Source: Planctomycetota bacterium (GTDB taxonomy: Bacteria > Planctomycetota > UBA1135 > UBA2386). Taken from it: a stretch of DNA of 64,000 bases. The notes beneath the pieces were generated by a model. That model was not told the DNA's origin and made no database searches. It saw only the letters and a list, made by a program, of their open reading frames with translations. Both the position numbers and the translations under genes were made by a program. This document shows positions 48,244 to 56,226 of this stretch, piece by piece; within the stretch, counting starts at the first letter, position 1; every line of letters starts with the position of its first letter. Where the stretch lies: assembly GCA_045105235.1 (NCBI GenBank), contig JBGCDH010000011.1, forward strand, positions 64,894 to 128,893. Reading direction: 5' to 3'.

Positions 48244-49419
48244 TCAACGTTGGTAGATGGGCACGAGGGAATCGGGCAGCTGCAAGATCGTCAGAGCAAC
48301 AGAGGTGCCGTAGACCGGGCCGACACCGCCGCCCTGCCAACTGCCATCCTTGCGTTGGCGCTTCTTGAGCCACGTGCAGGCACGTGCGTAGTAGTCATCC
48401 CAATCGGGGCCACCGCGCTGGTAGAGCGCCTGGGACCAGTAGAGATGGGCGTAAAAGTGGTGACCGGTGGTGTCGAGTTCGACTTTGAGTTGCGACTTGC
48501 AGAAACCAACTGCCGCGTCGACGAACGCTTGGTCGTCGTAGACGCCGGCGTTGTAAAAGACGGCAACGCCGGCCGCAGTGATCGCCGGCAAGCTCGCGGT
48601 GCCGGCCGACTCCAGCTGGTAGCGAATGCCGCCATCCGGGTTTTGGCAGCGCTTCATGTAGCTCACCGCGCGATCGATGACCCGCTTGTCGACAACGATG
48701 CCCGCCATCCGACACGCCCGCAGCGCCTGGATCTGGGTGATCGTCACGCTGCCTTCGTCGCGGCCGTCGTCGTGCTGATACCACCACCCGCCCGCTCGAT
48801 TTTGGCTGGCGGCGATGAGCTTGACCGCGCCGTCGAGAGCGGACTTCACGAGGGCCTTTTGACGACGCCCTTCTTCCATGCCATAGACCGATGCCAAGAA
48901 CATCGTGCCAAAGCCATGGCCATACATCGGACGCCCTTCGGCGCCTCCCGACACGAGGCGGCCGGTCGCACCGTCTGCTTCGCCAATCACAAACGCTGCC
49001 GCCCGCCGCACGGCGCGCCAGCGCTGTCCTCGCGTGGGCGTCGAGCCGCTGCCGAGCAGCGCCATGCCAGCAAGCGACGTCATGGCGACCGGATAGGTGC
49101 CATAGCCGCCGGCGTTTCGCCAGCTGCCGTTTTTGCCCTGACTCTGTTCCAACCACGTGAGGCCGCGAGCGATCGCAGCCCGGGTTTCCGCGTCGATCGG
49201 ATCAGCCGCCTTCCTGCTGGCAATCCTGCTGGCAATCGGGCCAGTGGCGGCGGCCCGATTTGCGGCGGTCCCAGATGCGGGCCATCCAGATGCGGACAAT
49301 CCAGCTGCGGGCCATCCAGCTACAGCCGTATCCGACTGCGCGGCAAGCAAACCGCAGAACGACGCCACGAGCCCAAAGGCCGTCGACAGCAAGCGGGATT
49401 GGCGAAGAAGGAGCGACAT
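48244..49419 (-). CDS. Secreted prenyltransferase/squalene-oxidase-repeat (alpha/alpha-toroid) protein, paralog A
   Basis: Signal peptide. Repeated Q-x2-(D/N)G(S/G)W-type motifs (EQSQGKNGSWRN, ASQNRAGGWWY, RCQNPDGGIRY, KRQRKDGSWQG). Highly similar to the 49460-50593 product. Confidence 0.7.
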   Translation of the reverse strand: MSLLLRQSRLLSTAFGLVASFCGLLAAQSDTAVAGWPAAGLSASGWPASGTAANRAAATGPIASRIASRKAADPIDAETRAAIARGLTWLEQSQGKNGSWRNAGGYGTYPVAMTSLAGMALLGSGSTPTRGQRWRAVRRAAAFVIGEADGATGRLVSGGAEGRPMYGHGFGTMFLASVYGMEEGRRQKALVKSALDGAVKLIAASQNRAGGWWYQHDDGRDEGSVTITQIQALRACRMAGIVVDKRVIDRAVSYMKRCQNPDGGIRYQLESAGTASLPAITAAGVAVFYNAGVYDDQAFVDAAVGFCKSQLKVELDTTGHHFYAHLYWSQALYQRGGPDWDDYYARACTWLKKRQRKDGSWQGGGVGPVYGTSVALTILQLPDSLVPIYQR

Positions 49420-49459
49420 GTGAAATCGTGAGCGGCAGCTGCGGGCGAGCGCGCGCGCG

Positions 49460-50593
49460 CTAGCGCTGGAAAATCGGGGCGTTGGCGTAGGGCAACTGGA
49501 GGATGGTCAGCGCGATGGCGGTGCCGTAGACCGCACCCACGCCATCGCCTTGCCAGCTTCCGTCCTTGCGCTGCTGGCGCAGGAGCCACTTCCCCATTTT
49601 GGTGTAATAGGCATCCCAGTCTTCGCCACCGCGCTGGTAGAGCGCCTGCGCCCAGTAGAGGTGCGCGTAGTAGTGGTGGCCGGTGCTGTTGACGCCCGCC
49701 TTGATGCGCTTGATGCAGTACTGCACGGCCTTGTCGACAAACGGCTGATCGTCGTAGACGCCAGCGTTGTAGAGCACCGCGACGCCGGCCGCAGTGATCG
49801 CCGGCCGCCCGTCGCCGCCAGAGTTCAGGCTGTAGCGAATGCTGCCGTCCTGGTTTTGGCAGCGCTTGATGTAGGAAACGGCTTTGTCGATCACCTTCTT
49901 GTCGACGACAATCCCAGCCATGCGGCACGCACGCAGCGCCTGGATCTGCGTCACGGTCACGCTGCCTTCGTCGCTATTGGAGTCCGGCGTGTAGATCCAA
50001 CCGCCGGCAGAAGACTGCGCCCGCCCAATCAGCTTGACCGCTTTGCCGAGCACGCGCTTCAGACGCTCCTGCTTGCGCAGGTCTTCCTCCATGCCATAGA
50101 CCGACGCGAGGTAGAGCGTGGCGAAGCCATGCCCATACATGCTGCGCCCCTCTTCCGCGGGAACCGAGATGACGCCGTTGTTGGGATCCGAGTTCTTGAG
50201 CAAGAACTCAACCGAGCGACGGACTTGGCTGTAGTAGCGCCCGCGCGTGGGCGTCGAGCCCCCGGCAATCAACGCCATGCCGGCGAGACCCGTCATCGCA
50301 GCCGGGTAGCTGCCGTATCCGCCAGAGTTGCGCCAGCTACCTTCGTTGGCCTGGTTGCGCGCCAACCACTCAAGGCCACGCTGGATGCCTTCGTGCACAT
50401 CCTTGGTCACGCCCGGCGGGTAGTTTTCCTGCGCCACAACGTCCGCACGCAGCGCACACGGAACCAGCACGGCCGCACACAGCCCAGCAAGCCATGGCGA
50501 TCGCCGGCGAGAGTGTCGCCCAGTGGAAACTCGTCCAGTGGAGATTCGTCCGGTGGAGAGGCCGCTATCGGCACGAGTAGGCAAAGTGATCAT
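49460..50593 (-). CDS. Secreted prenyltransferase/squalene-oxidase-repeat (alpha/alpha-toroid) protein, paralog B
   Basis: ARNQANEGSWRN, RAQSSAGGWIY, RCQNQDGSIRY, RQQRKDGSWQG. It is colinear with paralog A down to the shared C-terminus LTILQLP...(I/P)(Y/F)QR. The start overlaps the upstream stop as ATGA. Confidence 0.7.
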   Translation of the reverse strand: MITLPTRADSGLSTGRISTGRVSTGRHSRRRSPWLAGLCAAVLVPCALRADVVAQENYPPGVTKDVHEGIQRGLEWLARNQANEGSWRNSGGYGSYPAAMTGLAGMALIAGGSTPTRGRYYSQVRRSVEFLLKNSDPNNGVISVPAEEGRSMYGHGFATLYLASVYGMEEDLRKQERLKRVLGKAVKLIGRAQSSAGGWIYTPDSNSDEGSVTVTQIQALRACRMAGIVVDKKVIDKAVSYIKRCQNQDGSIRYSLNSGGDGRPAITAAGVAVLYNAGVYDDQPFVDKAVQYCIKRIKAGVNSTGHHYYAHLYWAQALYQRGGEDWDAYYTKMGKWLLRQQRKDGSWQGDGVGAVYGTAIALTILQLPYANAPIFQR

Positions 50594-53367
50594 CCGCGAC
50601 CCTCCATGTATTCGTACAGCATCTGTTGTTCGGTGGCATGGCGCGCCATGTCACCCGCAGTTTTGCAAAGCTCGACTCGCGAGAGATGCCAATCCAGTCG
50701 GACGGAGCGAGCCCCAAGCACGCTTTGAATCTCATCCATCGCTGCAAGAGCTGCCGGCAGATCGCCGCTGCTCGCAAGTTCGATGGCTCGTTGACGAACG
50801 AGACGCACCAAGCTCTGCGCGGCACGTCTCCGCTGATCCTCATCCGCTTCACTCGAGGCGGCGGCAGCGGCCAGAACCTTCTCCGCAGCAAGTCCATCGC
50901 TGCTGCGCGTCAGGTAGTGGGCCCGACGAACCGGGTCCTCGGCCGCACCGGCCAATGCCCCAAGCGCCTGCTTGGAGCTGTAGACTTCGACCCCGCCGGC
51001 GTAGCCGACGGCTAGCCACGGCCCGTCGACCACGAGGTTGCAGCTCCCGCCCAACGGCTCGCGCCCTTCGTCAAAGTCAGGCAGCGAAATGCGCCGCATC
51101 GGCTTGCTGTTGGCACAGTCAAAGACCAGCAGCTCGCGCTGATTGGGGAGGATCACGACATCGTCGAGAACCGCACCGCGGCCGCGACCCGACGTCTTGC
51201 GGCCGGACCAACTCGGCAACGGCTGCTGCCAGCGCAGCAGGCCACCCTCCAGCTCAATGCAGACCAGGTGGGATGTGGACGTCGCGAACAGCAGCTCGTC
51301 GTTGTGCCCGACCACCTCGTTGATCCGGCCATACGGCGCGTGGATCGTTGTCCCGTCGAGCATCCAAACGGCATCGCCGGTTGCCGCATCGATGGCCGCA
51401 ATCACGTAGCCATCGCACGGCGCAAAGATCACCAGACCATCGCGCACGATCAGGTCGGACGGCGCAAAGCCATCGATCGCAGCCTGCGCATAGGTCGCGC
51501 CACCGTTGCCGAAGCGAACGTTGAGGTTGTTGCCCGGCGACTTGCGCCGGCGCTTGCGCATCTTGTGCACCGTGTCGACCCGCTCGTAGCGGCGGATCCA
51601 CCGGAGGTCGCCGGCAAACGCATCCACCGCGGCGAGGCAGCCAGCGTTGGTCGAGCAGTAGGCGGTTCCGCCCTGCACGACAACGCGACAGCCCGGCGCC
51701 TTCCAGAACTTGGAGCCACCGCTATGTAGCGGCGTATGCCACAAGGGCTCACCGGAGCGACGATCGATGCATTCCAACGAATACGAACCGTTGCGCAATG
51801 CCGGCAGGAGCAGACTCTCACCAAAGATCGACGGCGCCGCCAAGAACGTTACGCCACGCAGCCCATCGTCGCCCTCGAGCCAGTCCTCGGACGTCCACGC
51901 CTGGCCCCAGTCGCTTTTGCGATAGGCACGCAGCTTGGAGGTCGCCAGCGGCTTCTCGTTTTGCACGGCGTTGCCTTCGTGACCGAGGATCACATAGCGA
52001 CGCTCGCGATCCTCGACCGGCCGCAGCAGCGCCTGATCGGCCGCCGCCACACGAACCCGGGGATAGCCCTCGCGGGCGAGCGGAGGCTCGTTTTCGCCAT
52101 CGCCTTGCTGAATCAGAATGCCACTCGCGGCGTCCGTCATGCTCAGCCTGAAGTGCTCCATAAACAGAGCTCGCGGCTCTCGCACACCGGATGCATTCAG
52201 CTCGCTGCTAAAGGCAACCCACGTCGCCGGCCCGTAGCGATTGGCGAACGGCATGCTGGTCCGGCCAGGACTTCCGCCGAAGAAGTGCGTGGTCCTGGAG
52301 TTGCGCTTTGCCTTGGGATCCTTGTAGGGGTTTGGCTCGGCAAAGCGATACTGCCACAGCGGCACCAGATCGCCGTCGACCAGCGTCAGCCCGGGAACTT
52401 CGCCAGCTCTCGACGAGCCCTCGATCGCGACGACGTCGCGCGAGAAGAGCTCGCTTTGCTGCAGCGACTCGACCGACTCCAGCTGACCAAGAATACGGAG
52501 CGACTCGTCTTGGTGGCTCTCGGCCAGCCCCTCAACAGCAGCTTGCGCCGCGTCCCTTTCGCCGGACAGACGCAGGCAGAGCGCGATCTTGAAGCGGCAC
52601 CACACGTCGCGCACGCCAAGTTTGCGGCGGTTGTCCGCCGGATATGTCTCAAGGAGGTCCCGATACACCTGAACGGCTGCTCGATAGCGCCCGCGATGCA
52701 TCTGCAGGTCCGCCAAGCGAAGCATCGCCCGGCCGGCCGGGAGCGTGATGAAGTAGCGGTTCGCAACCCGTTCGAGGTCGACGATCGAGCCCGTGACGAG
52801 CGCCTTGTCGAGCAGCTCCTGCGCCTGCGCCTCGTGCTGCGTGCGGTAGATCTGGACGCCGATGTCGGGAAGCTTGGCGAGCAACTCGTGGCAGAGCCGG
52901 CGAACGGGGCGGAAAAGGCGCCCGTCCTGACTGAAGACCGAATTGCGCGCATCGAGCTCCGTCGCCGCAACACCGCCAGGATCTGCCGCATCCGGATCGT
53001 TGGGCGGCGCGGCCCGGCTGCGGCCGCCATCCGGCTGACCATCCCCCGGCTGACCATCCCCCGGCTGAACTGCCCCCGCTTCATCCTCAGGACGCAGCGC
53101 CACAACCTCGACCGTGCGGCCTTCGATCACGTCCTGCAAAACGTCGATTGCCTGGCTGTATGCCGAGCGGTCCAGAAACTCCCTCGCACGATGTAAGTAT
53201 CTGTCGAGATTGGGGTTCTCAAACATCTCGACGATGACTCCGGGGTCCTCGTCGGCGTTCGCGGCCTTCTGCGGTGCGCGACCCAGCCGGAATCCGCCCT
53301 GCTGCAGAACGACCTGCTGCGACGAAGCGCTCGCGGCGATCAATGCGACGCATGCAAAGGCACGCAT
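50590..53367 (-). CDS. Secreted TPR + PQQ-like (BamB-like) beta-propeller repeat protein
   Basis: Signal peptide MRAFACVALIAASASSQQ. An N-terminal helical/TPR part is followed by repeated motifs CLAAVDAFAGDLRW, VIAAIDAATGDAVW, and LVCIELEGGLLRW. The track ORF extends to 53532. Confidence 0.7.
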   Translation of the reverse strand: MRAFACVALIAASASSQQVVLQQGGFRLGRAPQKAANADEDPGVIVEMFENPNLDRYLHRAREFLDRSAYSQAIDVLQDVIEGRTVEVVALRPEDEAGAVQPGDGQPGDGQPDGGRSRAAPPNDPDAADPGGVAATELDARNSVFSQDGRLFRPVRRLCHELLAKLPDIGVQIYRTQHEAQAQELLDKALVTGSIVDLERVANRYFITLPAGRAMLRLADLQMHRGRYRAAVQVYRDLLETYPADNRRKLGVRDVWCRFKIALCLRLSGERDAAQAAVEGLAESHQDESLRILGQLESVESLQQSELFSRDVVAIEGSSRAGEVPGLTLVDGDLVPLWQYRFAEPNPYKDPKAKRNSRTTHFFGGSPGRTSMPFANRYGPATWVAFSSELNASGVREPRALFMEHFRLSMTDAASGILIQQGDGENEPPLAREGYPRVRVAAADQALLRPVEDRERRYVILGHEGNAVQNEKPLATSKLRAYRKSDWGQAWTSEDWLEGDDGLRGVTFLAAPSIFGESLLLPALRNGSYSLECIDRRSGEPLWHTPLHSGGSKFWKAPGCRVVVQGGTAYCSTNAGCLAAVDAFAGDLRWIRRYERVDTVHKMRKRRRKSPGNNLNVRFGNGGATYAQAAIDGFAPSDLIVRDGLVIFAPCDGYVIAAIDAATGDAVWMLDGTTIHAPYGRINEVVGHNDELLFATSTSHLVCIELEGGLLRWQQPLPSWSGRKTSGRGRGAVLDDVVILPNQRELLVFDCANSKPMRRISLPDFDEGREPLGGSCNLVVDGPWLAVGYAGGVEVYSSKQALGALAGAAEDPVRRAHYLTRSSDGLAAEKVLAAAAASSEADEDQRRRAAQSLVRLVRQRAIELASSGDLPAALAAMDEIQSVLGARSVRLDWHLSRVELCKTAGDMARHATEQQMLYEYMEGRG

Positions 53368-53727
53368 CCCAGACGTGTGGGGCAACGATGACACGATACT
53401 TCCTCGGAGTGAGCGCGTTGGGGTGGCGCGCATGTGCGACGAACGGTAGGCAGCGCGAAGGGGTTCTAAGGACTCTACGCGGAGCCCGGATAGACGGCGA
53501 GACCCCCGCGACCATTCCCCAAACTGAACCACCAGCAGGGGTCAGAACTCCGCAGTGCAGAAGAGGAAACGACGTGAGACCGCACCGTGGACGATCCCAG
53601 GCGCCGCATGTCGGGAATCTGACCGCGATTCCTTCGTCCACGTCAGGTTGTTCCGCCGGACAGCCATTTTCACGGCTGCATGTGCTTGCGGCCCAGCAAC
53701 ACGATTCCGCGTCCGTTGCCTAGACTG

Positions 53728-56034
53728 ATGAGCGTCATGACCCCACCGATTCTGCGCCTGCTTACTCTCGCCGTCGCGACCACGCTGTCTCTACCTGCAC
53801 AGCAGTGGAACGACGAAACGCTGCTCGAAAAAGCGGCGGGCTTCCAGATCACCGATTTGCCGGCACGGCTCGAGCAGGTCGGCCGACTGGTCGAAAGCCA
53901 GGATGATGCCTACTCGGCGCTGGTCGCGAGAGTGCACGGCGACCACCGCGAATACAGCCTCAAGATCGAACGCCTGCTCAACGAGCTGTGCGACCCCAAC
54001 TGGCGCGTCCGCGAAAACGCAGAACGCGCTCTCGTCGAAGTAGGCGGACGTGCCATTCGCACCATCGAGATGCGCCGCGAGAACTACAAGGTGTTGGAGC
54101 AGCACATTCGCTGCGATCGCATCCTGGCATCGCTTGCCGCCAAGGGCGACGAGCAGGAAGTGCGCGAGCAAAGACTGCTGCAGGGTCTCGTTCGCACCTC
54201 GCTATACGTTGACGCAAAGCCCGAGCTGCTGCGCGCGCTGCGCAGCGCACTGGGCCACACCGATGCGCCCATCGCCGGCGCTGCCGTGCGGGCGCTAGGG
54301 CGCCACGGCACCGACGACGAAGCCGACGCTGTCGCCAACATGATCGCCTACAAGGGTGGCGTACACCGGTCGATCGCCATCAGCGCACTCGGCCGCATGC
54401 CAAGCGCCAAAGCGCTCGCACACTGCCGTGAGCTGTTGCTCGGCAACGCCGAGGCGCGCAGCGACGGCCCGCTTGCCGGCATCGAGATCGACCAGACCGA
54501 AGCCATGCGCATCGTGCGTGCGTTGCGATCACGCAAGGACACAGATGCCAAGGCGCTGCTAGCCGATCTCGCGAAGCACCCGGACCCCGTCATCAAGAAC
54601 GGCGCAGCGATCGTGCTAACGGAGGCCAGCGAAGAACCCGCCGAAGCCACGCTCATCCTGCCCGGCGCCGAGCAGCTCAAGGGCAAACTAGGCAAGTGGT
54701 ATGGCGACTCCATTCTCGCCCACGAGGCCTTCCCCGGCCTCCCCACCGCAGAGCTCTCGCTCAGCGATTGCGCCACCATCGAGTTCCCGCAGCACGAGGT
54801 CCAGGCCAACACCGCAACCATGGTGTTCTTGAACCAGGGCAGCCGTATCTCCGGCGAGATCATCACCATCGATGCCGAGTCGATCAAACTCGCGTCCCCG
54901 CTGTTTGGCGAGCTGACGCTGCCTCGTGGCGAGATTCAGGGCATCGCGCTGGATCCAACACTCAAGAGGTTGGTGGGTGCATCCGTTGACCACGACCGGG
55001 TGCGGCTGAACACGGACAAGTTTGTCGATGGCAAGATCGCCTCGCTGAGTGACGGCAAGATCCGCATCGAAGACGCCGACGGCAAGACCACCGAAGTCGC
55101 GGTTGCCGACGTTCGCGGCATGATCTTCACCAGGCCGCGCCTGTCCGAGGAAGACCCCCTGAGCTACACGCGCGTCGACCTCAGTTCTGGTGAACGGCTG
55201 ATCGGTTTTGTGGCCGAGTCCAACGACGCCAACCTCGCTGTCAGCGTGCCACTGATCGGAGCTTCCGTACTGCCGTGGAAGACCGTCTCGCGGGTCGAAC
55301 TCGGCGTCGGCGGGGGCGCGATGTGGGGCTTTACGTTGATCGCCGACTACAGCGACAACCAGATCATCGAAGTCGATGACCAGGGCCGCGTAACGTTCAA
55401 GCTCGAAGACATCTTTGGAGCATGGGACGCAGAGTGCCTCGACAACGGCAACCTTCTCATTACCGAGTTCTCGGTGAGCCGCGTGCAAGAGGTCAACCGC
55501 GAGGGCAAGACCGTGTGGCAGTTTGAGGATCTCAAGAACCCCTACGACGCCGACCGCCTGCCCAACGGCAACACCCTGATCGCCGACACGTTTGCGAGCC
55601 GCGTCATCGAGATCAACCCGGCCGGCGAGATCGTCTGGCGCTACGACCAGGACATTCGCCCGTTCGATTGCGACCGCTTGCCGAACGGCAACACCCTGAT
55701 CGCCGACGTTCTCAAGGACCGCGTCATCGAAGTCACGCCGGACGGCCAAACCGTCTGGGAAGGCAAGAACCTGCCCAACGCGCACGATGCCGATCGTCTT
55801 CCCAACGGCAACACGCTGGTCACGCTGCGCAACAAGGGCGTCGTGGTCGAGCTCGACCGTGACGGCAAGGTCGTCTTCGAATTGACAGGCCTGAGCTCTC
55901 CAAGCGATGCCGACCGCCTCCCCAACGGCAACACCATCGTCGCTGAGAACACCCGCGCCCGCGAGTTCGATCGCCACGGCAGCGAGGTCTGGAAGAAGGA
56001 CATGACCTGGGCCGTTGAGGTCAACCGCTACTAG
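53728..56034 (+). CDS. Secreted HEAT-repeat + beta-propeller protein (~47-aa blades carrying a DADRLPNGNTLI motif)
   Basis: Signal peptide MSVMTPPILRLLTLAVATTLSLPAQQ. HEAT-like DPNWRVRENAERALVEVG and HPDPVIKNGAAIVL. The C-terminus carries four clear repeats of (D/C)DRLPNGNT(L/I) spaced ~40-47 aa apart. Confidence 0.7.
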   Translation: MSVMTPPILRLLTLAVATTLSLPAQQWNDETLLEKAAGFQITDLPARLEQVGRLVESQDDAYSALVARVHGDHREYSLKIERLLNELCDPNWRVRENAERALVEVGGRAIRTIEMRRENYKVLEQHIRCDRILASLAAKGDEQEVREQRLLQGLVRTSLYVDAKPELLRALRSALGHTDAPIAGAAVRALGRHGTDDEADAVANMIAYKGGVHRSIAISALGRMPSAKALAHCRELLLGNAEARSDGPLAGIEIDQTEAMRIVRALRSRKDTDAKALLADLAKHPDPVIKNGAAIVLTEASEEPAEATLILPGAEQLKGKLGKWYGDSILAHEAFPGLPTAELSLSDCATIEFPQHEVQANTATMVFLNQGSRISGEIITIDAESIKLASPLFGELTLPRGEIQGIALDPTLKRLVGASVDHDRVRLNTDKFVDGKIASLSDGKIRIEDADGKTTEVAVADVRGMIFTRPRLSEEDPLSYTRVDLSSGERLIGFVAESNDANLAVSVPLIGASVLPWKTVSRVELGVGGGAMWGFTLIADYSDNQIIEVDDQGRVTFKLEDIFGAWDAECLDNGNLLITEFSVSRVQEVNREGKTVWQFEDLKNPYDADRLPNGNTLIADTFASRVIEINPAGEIVWRYDQDIRPFDCDRLPNGNTLIADVLKDRVIEVTPDGQTVWEGKNLPNAHDADRLPNGNTLVTLRNKGVVVELDRDGKVVFELTGLSSPSDADRLPNGNTIVAENTRAREFDRHGSEVWKKDMTWAVEVNRY

Positions 56035-56226
56035 AGAGACCGCTGGCGGCGGCGGCGGCGGCAACGCCAAGAGCGGCGGCGCCGCCTCCCGACGGAAATA
56101 CCGGGGATCGCGTAACAGGCGCACTCCGAATGCCGCCCCAGGGAGAGCTCGTGGATCCGGCGCACGTAGCGCTCGTTTCTAGTGAGCGTTGACTGCCTGT
56201 GAGTCCGGGCCTCGAAGCATCGCCAC

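Noticed and set aside
16096-53075. Short tandem repeats as a possible CRISPR array or minisatellite locus
   Set aside because: The units are 12-21 bp, directly adjacent with no spacers, at most six copies, and in frame inside coding sequences. No cas genes are present.
56045-56062. (GGC)6 microsatellite after the HEAT-propeller gene as a phase-variation switch
   Set aside because: It lies in the intergenic spacer, outside any ORF and about 165 nt upstream of the sulfatase ATG. I cannot tie it to a promoter element, so it is noted only as a simple repeat.
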